IMG/VR virus record: IMGVR_UViG_642791616_000001
Coordinates: 32,001 to 96,000 of that record
From: a virus
Lineage: Duplodnaviria > Caudoviricetes
Reading direction: 5' to 3' (one strand)
Length of the DNA stretch: 64,000 nucleotides
In this document: one piece after another, positions 1 through 8,654 of the stretch
How the letters are laid out: each line of letters starts with the position of its first letter
How positions within the stretch are numbered: the first letter of the stretch is position 1
Notes under the pieces: generated by a model
Database searches by the model: none
Seen by the model: the letters and a program-made list of their open reading frames with translations, nothing else
Told to the model about the DNA's origin: nothing
Position numbers and translations under genes: made by a program

Positions 1-215
1 TTTAACGCCCTTTCTATCTGCCGTACCTTCAGTTCATTTAAAACTTCCTGATTCCTGAGAGAAGGAAAAAGACCTGTTGCGCCGTTTGCCTCCTGTTCCT
101 TTCTGTTTTCTTCAAGAACCTTCAGGGCTCTATAGACCTTCAGCTCCTTAATTAAGGCATTCCGGACTTGTTTCTCATCGATCCCTGGCAGTAAACACAA
201 TTGTTCAGCTCCCAT
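1..215 (-). CDS. ArpU-family phage late transcriptional regulator (5' part, runs off window)
   Basis: Own translation MGAEQLCLLPGIDEKQVRNALIKELKVYRALKV...QIERAL; GGAGG RBS; position at end of early operon. Confidence 0.75.
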   Translation of the reverse strand, partial: MGAEQLCLLPGIDEKQVRNALIKELKVYRALKVLEENRKEQEANGATGLFPSLRNQEVLNELKVRQIERAL

Positions 216-289
216 GTTTCTCAACCTCCTCCTATAAACAATGAAAGACATAGATCAGGGCAATTTTGCACCGATCTATGTCGTATGAT

Positions 290-511
290 TTATTCTTCTA
301 ATGGAATGTCGATTCCGTAATTTTGACCAAAATCTTCAATGTACTCCTTTAGAAATTCATCTAATTTAGCGTGGAAAAGCATGTCATCTTCAGCACCGTA
401 TAAGAACTTCTCAATGTCTTCTTCATTTAGTCCTAATTCAGTTAGCCCTTCGCCGTTTTCTAGTTGATATCTGATGAAATCTCTAAATGCTTGTCTTGGA
501 TCAATGTTCAT
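290..511 (-). CDS. Acidic hypothetical phage protein
   Basis: 73-aa ORF coupled to upstream gene (ATGA overlap). Confidence 0.7.
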   Translation of the reverse strand: MNIDPRQAFRDFIRYQLENGEGLTELGLNEEDIEKFLYGAEDDMLFHAKLDEFLKEYIEDFGQNYGIDIPLEE

Positions 512-918
512 TTCTTCACCTCAAATGATGGCGTGTAGATATGCCCTTTAACGCCTGTCCAATTTTTATTTTTATAGATTGTCATCTTGATACGGTGCGT
601 GCCAGCTGTATGGTTAACGGTGTAAAATTCCTTTGCTGGTGTGGCGTTCTTGAACGATCCTACTAGACTAAACCGCTGATCTTTCCAAGTGCTCCCTACT
701 CGTTTTTGCAAAGTGAAACGGTAATAGACCGTTTCGCTTCCAGTTTTGCGAGCCGTGACATCCATGCTTTGGGCTCTTGGCGTGTACGAATTAGCATCCG
801 TTGATACGCTAATTGTATGTCCGGCTACTGTTTTGTATCCGCTCGTTACAGCTGCAGCAGACGGCGCACAAAGCACCGCAGCAATAATAATAGTTAGTGT
901 GATTAGTAGTTTTTTCAT
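508..918 (-). CDS. Secreted beta-rich hypothetical protein
   Basis: Signal peptide MKKLLITLTIIIAAVLCAPSAAA; GGAGG RBS before ATG at 918. Confidence 0.8.
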   Translation of the reverse strand: MKKLLITLTIIIAAVLCAPSAAAVTSGYKTVAGHTISVSTDANSYTPRAQSMDVTARKTGSETVYYRFTLQKRVGSTWKDQRFSLVGSFKNATPAKEFYTVNHTAGTHRIKMTIYKNKNWTGVKGHIYTPSFEVKK

Positions 919-961
919 ACAGAAACCTCCAATATTTATTCCCATATAAGTTAAATAAATT

Positions 962-990
962 TTTACATGGATTATATTTGAATATATAGT
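962..990 (+). promoter_or_regulatory. SigA-type promoter for the LCI-like gene
   Basis: TTTACA-17 bp-TATAGT. Confidence 0.6.
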
Positions 991-1040
991 ATTATTAAAC
1001 TTGCAAGACTATTATCCCAAACTAAAAGGAGAGTCAAACT

Positions 1041-1313
1041 ATGAGAATTAAAAAAGTAATTGCAAGTTCAGTTCTATCACTCGCTTTGCTATTTTCTTCA
1101 TCTGCTTTTTTTACTGCTCAAGCAGAAGCTGCTAGCCCTAATGAAACATGGAAGCATTGTACTTCAGAAGTATTTGGCCCATACTCTTCAAGAAATGCAA
1201 TACCGGCTATTTATAACGACGGCACCTATAATTGGTACTTAAAAGGTGCGAAAACTTACTCAGGTATTTGGTATGGTGCATATGAACGTTGCTGGTACTC
1301 AACACTTACATGA
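1041..1313 (+). CDS. Secreted LCI-fold antimicrobial-peptide-like protein (moron)
   Basis: Signal peptide ending AEA; mature part ...DGTYNWYLKG...SGIWYGAYE resembles LCI (DGTKWIFKS...KGYWVGIYE); opposite orientation to operon. Confidence 0.7.
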   Translation: MRIKKVIASSVLSLALLFSSSAFFTAQAEAASPNETWKHCTSEVFGPYSSRNAIPAIYNDGTYNWYLKGAKTYSGIWYGAYERCWYSTLT

Positions 1314-1323
1314 ATACTACTTT

Positions 1324-1351
1324 TAAAAGAGGGAAATTCCCCTCTTTTTTA
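1324..1351. terminator. Bidirectional intrinsic terminator
   Basis: AAAAGAGGG-AAATTC-CCCTCTTTT hairpin with A/T tracts between convergent genes. Confidence 0.85.
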
Positions 1352-1352
1352 T

Positions 1353-1625
1353 TCATAGCAAGCTCCCGTCAATGATCAGCACCATTTCTTCTTCACTTGT
1401 TAAATGCTCTAGCACTTCTTCAACTGGTATTGTTTTATTGTCCTCTCCATTTACTCGGCTGTATCTGATTGTTGCATACGTTCCCGTAACTTCGGTTATT
1501 TCTTCTGTTAAGCCGCCATCATCATCAGCGACAACATCAGTATAGATTGTCATAGCATTTTCTTCGTTTTTCGCTTTGATCAATGCGTAATATGGATCAT
1601 GCACCTCGTAAAATTTCATCTTCAT
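1353..1625 (-). CDS. Hypothetical phage protein
   Basis: 90-aa ORF, translationally coupled. Confidence 0.75.
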   Translation of the reverse strand: MKMKFYEVHDPYYALIKAKNEENAMTIYTDVVADDDGGLTEEITEVTGTYATIRYSRVNGEDNKTIPVEEVLEHLTSEEEMVLIIDGSLL

Positions 1626-1981
1626 TCCCCTTCCGCTTCTTTTTTCAACTCAAATCCCATCCCTAAAGCTAAGGTATGAACAGTTTTTGCATGTTCAGCA
1701 TAGTTGGCAGGGGAATCATGTTTTAATTCCCAATCATTTGAATAATTCTGCTTTGCTTCTCGATATAATGACAAAAACATGTCATAATGCCTCTGCAATG
1801 TTCTTTCTTTCTGCTGTTTATATTCCTGAATATTTTGCACTAAACAATCGATGACATAATCCTGAGAAACGGCCATTTCATAATTAATTCCAGGACACTT
1901 AGATGCACAAATGCCTTCGCTGTTTCGCATGATCACTTCGCCGGATGATAGAGTTATTTGAAATGCTTTATTTTTGGTCAT
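1622..1981 (-). CDS. Hypothetical phage protein
   Basis: 119-aa ORF, ATGA overlaps. Confidence 0.7.
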   Translation of the reverse strand: MTKNKAFQITLSSGEVIMRNSEGICASKCPGINYEMAVSQDYVIDCLVQNIQEYKQQKERTLQRHYDMFLSLYREAKQNYSNDWELKHDSPANYAEHAKTVHTLALGMGFELKKEAEGE

Positions 1982-2193
1982 CGTGCTCCCCCCTGCAAAT
2001 CTTGTATATCGCCTTGATAAAACGTGTTTTGCTTAATGACTTCAAAAATAATTGGCCGTTCTCCTAATTGAGTACAAGATCCATACATTTCAATTAATGC
2101 GTTTCGCATTTCGTCCTCACTAGGATAGTGATCCCATCCTCCCAAAAGTCTTATGCCTTGTACGTTTAAATAAAAAATGCTTCTCAGTTTCAC
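1978..2193 (-). CDS. Hypothetical phage protein
   Basis: 71-aa ORF in operon. Confidence 0.65.
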   Translation of the reverse strand: MKLRSIFYLNVQGIRLLGGWDHYPSEDEMRNALIEMYGSCTQLGERPIIFEVIKQNTFYQGDIQDLQGGAR

Positions 2194-2208
2194 AATGATC
2201 TTCCTTTC

Positions 2209-2409
2209 TTATTTCAATTTTGCTTGCGCCTGTTCATTAAATCGGCGTAGCAGCTCATCTTTAATTGTTTCAGCTTTCTTCTTTTGCGCTTTGATGTATG
2301 GGTTACTGATGCGATCACCAGACAGCACCGCATCCCCTATACGTCGTTTGATGTCATCTAGCGCCATCCAAAGCCCTGCATATGACATGTTTGCAGATTT
2401 AAACTCCAT
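2209..2409 (-). CDS. Hypothetical phage protein
   Basis: 66-aa ORF with GGAGG RBS. Confidence 0.7.
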   Translation of the reverse strand: MEFKSANMSYAGLWMALDDIKRRIGDAVLSGDRISNPYIKAQKKKAETIKDELLRRFNEQAQAKLK

Positions 2410-2431
2410 ATGATCCTCCCTCAGAACAGTG

Positions 2432-2620
2432 TCAGCGTTCCTGGTGTTGTTCTTTTTGCTTTATTAAAAAATGCCTGGCTTCAAATGCTCCATAGTGTGA
2501 GCCATGACTATCAAATTTTGATACATAATAATGAGCGGCACCGAGAGGAAAGAGAAAGTATTCTACGCCCTTTTCTAGCGGTGTAAACTCATCAGTAAGA
2601 CATATTCCCTTCAAGGTCAT
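2432..2620 (-). CDS. Hypothetical phage protein
   Basis: ORF coupled to upstream gene (ATGA overlap at 2617-2620). Confidence 0.65.
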   Translation of the reverse strand: MTLKGICLTDEFTPLEKGVEYFLFPLGAAHYYVSKFDSHGSHYGAFEARHFLIKQKEQHQER

Positions 2621-2841
2621 GCCACGCTTTCCCAAGGTAACCGCTCGACCCTTTTCATGCTTCCAGCACAGCCGACTTTACCAAGATTCCGACGTGCTGC
2701 TGGATAGGATTGATATGTGTCATACTCGCTCCATTTTGCATCTGTTAATAGATCAGAACGCCAATAGGCAACATATCCGCTCGCTGTATTGAAGATACAA
2801 AATTCAGCGTATGGTGATTTTGAATACCAGATTTCTTTCAT
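2617..2841 (-). CDS. Hypothetical phage protein
   Basis: 74-aa ORF with GGAGG RBS. Confidence 0.7.
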   Translation of the reverse strand: MKEIWYSKSPYAEFCIFNTASGYVAYWRSDLLTDAKWSEYDTYQSYPAARRNLGKVGCAGSMKRVERLPWESVA

Positions 2842-2873
2842 TTTGAATGCCTCCCTGCAGGAGGACGCTCCTG

Positions 2874-3080
2874 CTATAGATTTATTTTGTGTGAACTGCT
2901 GTAATTTAAATTTGTGAACTGGCCATCACGTGTCGTGATCTCCATCTTTCCGTACATCGGTGTTTCCGCCAAGAACACTTCATTGGAATGGCCATCTAGG
3001 ATAATGACTTTGACCTCTCCCTTTGTCATAAAGCTATCAACGGAGATGTTTGAGTCTATAGGTTTGTAAGGATTATTCAT
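2874..3080 (-). CDS. XtrA/YqaO-family protein
   Basis: KVIILDG...ETPMYGKMEITTRDG motif typical of PBSX XtrA/skin YqaO. Confidence 0.65.
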   Translation of the reverse strand: MNNPYKPIDSNISVDSFMTKGEVKVIILDGHSNEVFLAETPMYGKMEITTRDGQFTNLNYSSSHKINL

Positions 3081-3097
3081 GCGCACAAGGCCTCCCA

Positions 3098-3159
3098 TGT
3101 TATAATGAATTGTCGATATTCATTAGAGTCGGAGCCTTGTGCTTTGGCTCTTTTTATTT
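3098..3159 (+). ncRNA. Putative short antisense RNA unit 1 (promoter plus terminator)
   Basis: Extended -10 TGtTATAAT (3098-3106), then hairpin AGAGTCGGAGC/GCTTTGGCTCT and T-tract. Confidence 0.5.
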
Positions 3160-3435
3160 GCGCTGGAGAGCTTGCAAATCACGCACACACATTCTAAATA
3201 GGTGTTCGTCATTTAAGTCTAAGGACAAGTCAATCAGAGCCTTCAAATCATCTTCAGTGATCGTTACATCCAGGTTTTTAGCCCAATGTTTAGGAACAGC
3301 CGTATACTTTCCTTTAAGCGACTTCACTAAAAGTTCATCTTCAGAGATTTTCACGACGTAACCAGATATATGAAACATTCTGCGATTAACTTCACCCAAA
3401 GCTTCCACCCAATCGCCTTCTACAATCTTTCTCAT
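3154..3435 (-). CDS. IDEAL-domain protein
   Basis: C-terminal LKALIDLSLDLNDEHLF. Confidence 0.75.
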   Translation of the reverse strand: MRKIVEGDWVEALGEVNRRMFHISGYVVKISEDELLVKSLKGKYTAVPKHWAKNLDVTITEDDLKALIDLSLDLNDEHLFRMCVRDLQALQRK

Positions 3436-3590
3436 TTCTTGAAGCTCCTTCCGCACTTCGAGCAGTAAGGACCATTGAAAACCCGTGTGCAAAATTCCAA
3501 CTCATAGCCTCGCTCAACCGACACTATGTTTTTACATTTGAAGCAAAAGAAGTGTTTATTTTTGAAGAAGAACTTGATTTTATTAATCAT
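3432..3590 (-). CDS. Small zinc-ribbon protein (52 aa, below ORF-track cutoff)
   Basis: MINKIKFFFKNKHFFCFKCK...PYCSKCGRSFKK; CxxC...CxxC; coupled on both sides. Confidence 0.7.
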   Translation of the reverse strand: MINKIKFFFKNKHFFCFKCKNIVSVERGYELEFCTRVFNGPYCSKCGRSFKK

Positions 3591-3721
3591 CTGACAATCC
3601 TCCATCCTTTTTTCATCCGGCTTATCAACTCATATTTCTTGAGTGGTTCATAGAGGTGGACGCGCTGTCCATCCTCTATGCGATAAAGCAGGTACCACCG
3701 TTTTGAGCGTTTGCGTGCCAC
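3587..3721 (-). CDS. Small basic hypothetical protein
   Basis: GTG start just after upstream stop: MARKRSKRWYLLYR...KKGWRIVR. Confidence 0.6.
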   Translation of the reverse strand: MARKRSKRWYLLYRIEDGQRVHLYEPLKKYELISRMKKGWRIVR

Positions 3722-3722
3722 C

Positions 3723-4421
3723 TTATGCAGCCCCGTCTTCCTCATCTTTTTGATCATCTTTAGGAAGATCGTATTCATCTGGAACGCTATCCTCTGAACC
3801 CTTTTCGTCTTCAGCTGCTTCTTCAGCATTTTCTTTTTGTAATGGTTCAGCTTCATTGGCTTGATCCTGTTTCCAGTCCCACCATGTTTCAGCTAGTGGA
3901 GCAACCGCCGCTCGGTAGTCATTGATCAGATCAACGACGGCGCCAGATGACATCTCAAGCTCAGTGGCCAACTTGCGGTATGATTCACCTTCAATGCGAC
4001 GTTTAGCGATTTCAGCCATATTCTCAGGAAAACCTTCCTGTTCTGGAGCCATACCTTCAACGATGAACCGATCAACCACTTCCCGCTCAATCTCCATAGG
4101 TTTTTCTTCAATTTTTGGTTTTTCTTCTGGCAAACCTAGTTCAGCCTCTAACTGTTCCGGCTCAGGATCAGCTATGTGAACCACTCCGCTCTGGTCTACT
4201 TGATAATTTACGATCGGTCGCTCAGTGTTCGCATTGATTTGAACGTTATAGCGGACAATATCGCTCTCAATTTCAACTCGCACATCATTATCAATCATTT
4301 CAGCAAGGTTTTGAATGCTGTTTCCTAGCTCCTTCGTTGAAATCTCAAGAACCAATTCGGTGACACCTTTAGGCTTGTGATTCACTTTTTTAACGAAACC
4401 ATCAAAATTCACAAAAGACAT
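3723..4421 (-). CDS. Acidic phage protein with C-terminal HTH-like segment
   Basis: 232 aa; GESYRKLATELEMSSGAV; GGAGG RBS. Confidence 0.75.
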   Translation of the reverse strand: MSFVNFDGFVKKVNHKPKGVTELVLEISTKELGNSIQNLAEMIDNDVRVEIESDIVRYNVQINANTERPIVNYQVDQSGVVHIADPEPEQLEAELGLPEEKPKIEEKPMEIEREVVDRFIVEGMAPEQEGFPENMAEIAKRRIEGESYRKLATELEMSSGAVVDLINDYRAAVAPLAETWWDWKQDQANEAEPLQKENAEEAAEDEKGSEDSVPDEYDLPKDDQKDEEDGAA

Positions 4422-4439
4422 ATTTGTTCCTCCTAGTAA

Positions 4440-4931
4440 TTAAGAAATTTTTTTCAAAGCCTCTTCTTGATATTTTGTTAAATCTACTTTTGTTTTTAAT
4501 GAACGAGCTATTTGAGCCAAGACGAATGCGTCTATCACGTTGTCACTTTTATGTTCAAACCCCCAACGTTTATAAACAGGTACAGGTATTTGATCTTTTT
4601 TAACGTTTCCTTTTCCTGTTGCGAACTTCTTCAAAGTGGTTGGAGGAACGTCTACATAATCTATTTTTTTGTTTATAAGTCTCGCTCTTATTAGCCAACC
4701 AATGCCGTATTGAATGTCTACTGACGCTCCTTTAGAACCGTAAGAAAACCCTTCAATACACACAAAGTCATTCGGTTCTATTAAATTAATTATTTGGCTG
4801 GCCAAGTCCATAAAGCGTTGCGGATCTCCTTTTACTGCTGAGATTATTTCTTTGTCAAGAATCACATTCCCATTTGCATCTTGAATCACGAGCCCTGTTT
4901 TCGTTGAAGGATCAATGCCGACAAATCTCAT
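4440..4931 (-). CDS. RuvC-like Holliday junction resolvase
   Basis: GIDPS, IEG, K(K)FATGKGN, D..DA motifs. Confidence 0.9.
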   Translation of the reverse strand: MRFVGIDPSTKTGLVIQDANGNVILDKEIISAVKGDPQRFMDLASQIINLIEPNDFVCIEGFSYGSKGASVDIQYGIGWLIRARLINKKIDYVDVPPTTLKKFATGKGNVKKDQIPVPVYKRWGFEHKSDNVIDAFVLAQIARSLKTKVDLTKYQEEALKKIS

Positions 4932-5167
4932 TGTTCTTTTCCTTTCACGATACCAGCGATATCAGTATGGATTGCTTCTTCTGTCCTTCTAACAGGAGAC
5001 GGAACAGAACGTGGAATCCTTTGTACTCCATTTTTATTTAAAGGCCCCCCATGCATGTATGTGGCTAATTGTATGATCATTCGACCACACTCCTCAGCGG
5101 TGTAATTATCTGCTTCAAAATTCACTTCTTTACCCGTAGTGCTGTCTTTGATTTGTAATTTAATCAC
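4928..5167 (-). CDS. Hypothetical phage protein
   Basis: 79-aa coupled ORF. Confidence 0.65.
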   Translation of the reverse strand: MIKLQIKDSTTGKEVNFEADNYTAEECGRMIIQLATYMHGGPLNKNGVQRIPRSVPSPVRRTEEAIHTDIAGIVKGKEQ

Positions 5168-5370
5168 TCTGCTTCCTCCTCAATCTCCATCCTGGCATTG
5201 TATGTTTCAATACTTTTCCCTCGCTCACTCTTTTTCGTGATTACTAGCATTTCAAGATCATAGAGTGATAGTTTATCGAGACTTTCAAATTCATTCGGTT
5301 TATATCCAATGCGCTTCAATTCTTTTAGCAAGAACTGTTTACGCTGATTGCTATTGATTGACATGTTCAT
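5164..5370 (-). CDS. FbpA-like (Fur-regulated basic protein A family) phage protein
   Basis: RKQFLLKELKRIGY...LSLYDLE pattern. Confidence 0.6.
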   Translation of the reverse strand: MNMSINSNQRKQFLLKELKRIGYKPNEFESLDKLSLYDLEMLVITKKSERGKSIETYNARMEIEEEAE

Positions 5371-5378
5371 TCCTCATT

Positions 5379-6671
5379 TCACATTGCGGCTTCCATTTGC
5401 CGCGATAGATTTATAAACTTCCCGTACTCTTTCACAAAGGCAGCGGTTATTGTTCCTGTTGATCCATTTCGTTGTTTTGCAAAAATGATTTCTACAATGT
5501 TTTTAGCTTCGCTTTTTTTGTCATAGTAATCATCACGATAAAGGAAGGTCACAATATCAGCATCTTGCTCAATGCTCCCTGAATCTCGTAAATCAGACAT
5601 CATTGGACGTTTATCTTGCCGCTGTTCAACTCCACGTGAGAGCTGCGATAGCAAAATGATAGGAACATTGAAACTTCTGGCCATATTTTTAAGTTCTCTC
5701 GTGATCTCACCAACCTCATGGTTTTTGCTCTCGGATTTACCAATCGGCGTGATAAGCTGCAAATAGTCAATGATGACTAAATGATCTTGATCAGGATGAT
5801 CCTTTTTCGTTTTACGGATCTGGGACCGGATATCTGCGACGGTTTGAGTGGGGTGATCATGAATATAAATGTCTAATTTTTCGTATTCGCCCATCGCACT
5901 ATGGGCACTATCATAATCATCCTCACTAAAATATCTCTTTGGATTCCTCCACTTCGTGCCTTCAATACTCCCTATGCTGCTTAACATACGCTGTGTTAAT
6001 TGTGTATCAGACATTTCCAGTGAAAATATGTCGGTAACTCCACCATTTAGTGCATTATTACGACCAAGGTTAAGAGCGAACGCTGTTTTACCCATCGATG
6101 GACGGGCAGCCACAATAATCAAATCACTCTTCTGCCAACCGCCTGTCATGGCATTCAGATCCGCAAGACCCGTGTTGACTCCAGTCAGATCACCATGATC
6201 TTCTTCCATGCTCATGTATATATCTGTTAGAACATCCATTTTCGTACGAGTCTCTTTTACACCAACCTCTTGAGCTTCAATTGTTTTTTGATAAAGCTCG
6301 GTGATGCCCTCATCAGTAGGGGAACTGGCAAATGCTAAAGCAGCACTTTGCAAATCTCTAAGTCTAAAAGCCTCGTAAATTAATGTTTCATAGGTTTCAA
6401 ATGAATGAGTAGATGGAACAGCGCTCGCTAGGTTGGTTAAGTATTCAAATCCACCAACTGCATTTAAAGTGTCCCCCATAGATGCAGCGATATTGGCCAT
6501 TTCCACTTGTTTACCTAGCTTGTCCACTTCCCTCATCGCTTCAAAAATTTGCTTGTGACGCTTTTCAGCAAAATGCTTAGACTCTAAGGCTGTTTCCTTG
6601 ATTAGATCGCCTTCAAGGATGATGCAACCCAGCAGAAACTGTTCAGCCTCTACGTTTCGCAAATTTTGCAT
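5379..6671 (-). CDS. dnaB: Replicative DNA helicase (DnaB/G40P family)
   Basis: AARPSMGKT Walker A, IDYLQL, LSQLSR, SDLRDSGSIEQDAD, KQRNG. Confidence 0.97.
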   Translation of the reverse strand: MQNLRNVEAEQFLLGCIILEGDLIKETALESKHFAEKRHKQIFEAMREVDKLGKQVEMANIAASMGDTLNAVGGFEYLTNLASAVPSTHSFETYETLIYEAFRLRDLQSAALAFASSPTDEGITELYQKTIEAQEVGVKETRTKMDVLTDIYMSMEEDHGDLTGVNTGLADLNAMTGGWQKSDLIIVAARPSMGKTAFALNLGRNNALNGGVTDIFSLEMSDTQLTQRMLSSIGSIEGTKWRNPKRYFSEDDYDSAHSAMGEYEKLDIYIHDHPTQTVADIRSQIRKTKKDHPDQDHLVIIDYLQLITPIGKSESKNHEVGEITRELKNMARSFNVPIILLSQLSRGVEQRQDKRPMMSDLRDSGSIEQDADIVTFLYRDDYYDKKSEAKNIVEIIFAKQRNGSTGTITAAFVKEYGKFINLSRQMEAAM

Positions 6672-6939
6672 TCTTTTCCCACTCTTTCTGCTTTTCTATG
6701 AAGTCGTTTGGTTCTGGTTGATGTACTTGAATCTCTGCGATAGCAGGAGGGAAACGTTTTTCAGCAATGTGCTGATCTATCTTTTTTAAAACAGGTTCAT
6801 ATGGCAGTGCCGCTAAATGCTCTAACCAAAGCCTGATTCTTTCTTTTCCGATCGCGTCTGTAGAGAGCTCGAACCTCGGATACGCAGCTGCTATCCTGGT
6901 TAAGATACTCATCGCTTGTTCTTCAGTCATGCTAATCAT
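6643..6939 (-). CDS. Helicase loader/inhibitor (G39P-like)
   Basis: MTEEQA..IL..I..AYP...W...L...RFPPAIAEI; lies between initiator and helicase. Confidence 0.8.
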   Translation of the reverse strand: MISMTEEQAMSILTRIAAAYPRFELSTDAIGKERIRLWLEHLAALPYEPVLKKIDQHIAEKRFPPAIAEIQVHQPEPNDFIEKQKEWEKNAKFAKRRG

Positions 6940-7748
6940 CCTCCTCCAAACTTAATGCCTTTTTCTTTGGCGTATTGAGCTAATGCTGATAAGTTGTCTT
7001 GTTGTTTCTTAGGTTTAAATTCAGATACGTTGCTAGGTTGATTGTTTTTGGCATGCCATCGATCAAGAATGCCCTTCTCCAGGTAAGTAAACGATTTGAT
7101 GCCATCTGCTCTATGTCTTGGTCGGTATTGATCGAATATCTCGTCGATCCACACCAATATGTCTTCAAGGGGTATGTGCTCCTGAATGATCCTCTCAATG
7201 GCCTGTGCATCATTAGGAGTGATCATCAATCCTCCACCTCTTCGAGATAGATACTTGTCTTCGATTTGTTGGAAAGGAGAATCATTTCCTACTGGCGACT
7301 TCTCCTCTTCTTCTTTTAATTCTTTATTTCTTAAATTCTTTACATTCTTGTTTGTGTCTGCAATCGGTCTATGATCGGTCTGCTCGTGGTCTGCTTGCGG
7401 TCTAACTTTGGTTTCTTTTTCTTGATAAACACTGTAATTACAAATGGTTATGGTGGTTTTCTTGCGGTCTGATTTTTTGATAATCATCTCGTCGTTTTCG
7501 AGAAGTTTCAGAAAGTTTCTAGTTTTGGCTTTCCCCCACTTCCACCGGTCCATTAGTTTCAATTCTGAGGTGATTAAACTCCCTTCAGGAACATGAATTA
7601 TTTCCAGTCCGAGCTTCACCTTTGCGTCTTTATGATTTGCCATCATTAAAAGATCGAGCCAAGCCTCATATCTTGAAAAAGTTCTTTCTTCTTCATAGAG
7701 CCAATGATTCCTAATAGCTCTATGTAATTTAATCCATCCAGTAGACAA
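6936..7748 (-). CDS. Phage replication initiator protein
   Basis: GWIKLHR N-terminus, wHTH, TTITICNY, C-terminal DnaD-like SFTYLEKGILDRW; TTG start after GGAGG. Confidence 0.85.
   Translation of the reverse strand: MSTGWIKLHRAIRNHWLYEEERTFSRYEAWLDLLMMANHKDAKVKLGLEIIHVPEGSLITSELKLMDRWKWGKAKTRNFLKLLENDEMIIKKSDRKKTTITICNYSVYQEKETKVRPQADHEQTDHRPIADTNKNVKNLRNKELKEEEEKSPVGNDSPFQQIEDKYLSRRGGGLMITPNDAQAIERIIQEHIPLEDILVWIDEIFDQYRPRHRADGIKSFTYLEKGILDRWHAKNNQPSNVSEFKPKKQQDNLSALAQYAKEKGIKFGGG
7354..7404. repeat. Iteron-like repeats (putative prophage 1 origin) inside the initiator gene
   Basis: GGTCT at 7366, 7377, 7388, 7399 (11-bp period) next to an AT-rich tract. Confidence 0.65.
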
Positions 7749-7767
7749 ACAAATTCCTCCTTCCCAA

Positions 7768-7953
7768 CTATTTGCGTTTGAGCCTACAAATAGCGTATTT
7801 GCCTTCAATTTTTACGACTTCAAGATGTGGTTCATACTTAGCCATATACGTGCTTATGTACATAGCCAATACCTTTTTCCGCATGTCTGGAGCTACTGAT
7901 CTAGCCAAAGTAATAAAACAATAGGGATAAGCTGTTTTAACAAGCTCGCTCAT
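7768..7953 (-). CDS. Hypothetical phage protein
   Basis: 61-aa coupled ORF. Confidence 0.6.
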   Translation of the reverse strand: MSELVKTAYPYCFITLARSVAPDMRKKVLAMYISTYMAKYEPHLEVVKIEGKYAICRLKRK

Positions 7954-8654
7954 TTTGGAACATAGACAACCTTTCCAGTTTGTTTTGCTATTTCTTGTTT
8001 GAATAGTTGCTCATCACTGTTTGTGTCAGATAGGTGTAACAACCATATTTCCTGCACTTTTGACAAGTCATTTGCCTCTAGGAATGTCTTTACATTCTCT
8101 AAGCTGAAATGCGACTGTATGAGGCGGTTACGCATGCTTTTATGGATGCTCCCATTCTCAATATTTGTATCCAAGATCGATTCAGAGTAATTGCACTCAA
8201 CCATGATGTGCGTGAGTCCAGGGAACTTGTATTTGATGTAATAGGTGTCAGTGGCAAAGAGGAGCTTGTCTCCGTCCTCATTAGCCAATAGGAAGCCATA
8301 TGGCTCTGATACGTCGTGTTGAACATCAAAGGGCATAATTAGCCACGTGCCGATCCTAAACGCCTGTCGGGCTTTTACAAGATTGATTCTGTGGTTCTTT
8401 TCCACTCCAAGAGCTTTTGCCGTTCCATGAGACATATAACAATCGATTCCTGCACGCAAGACATCTTTTAAAGCCTTGCAATGATCACCATGTTCATGGG
8501 TGATGAGACACCCCTCAAATCGCATATTAAAATCAAAAGCACGTTGCATCTCTTTAAAGGTGATACCGCACTCCAAAAGGAGCGGGGTTTTACCATCAGT
8601 CACCCGATAGCAATTCCCCTTACTGCTTGACGATATAGCTTTGATCTCAATCAA
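7950..8654 (-). CDS. Metallo-beta-lactamase-fold nuclease (RecT partner)
   Basis: SSSKGNC, THEHGDH, HD, TDT, ECNY, LLHLS motifs. Confidence 0.92.
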   Translation of the reverse strand: MIEIKAISSSSKGNCYRVTDGKTPLLLECGITFKEMQRAFDFNMRFEGCLITHEHGDHCKALKDVLRAGIDCYMSHGTAKALGVEKNHRINLVKARQAFRIGTWLIMPFDVQHDVSEPYGFLLANEDGDKLLFATDTYYIKYKFPGLTHIMVECNYSESILDTNIENGSIHKSMRNRLIQSHFSLENVKTFLEANDLSKVQEIWLLHLSDTNSDEQLFKQEIAKQTGKVVYVPK

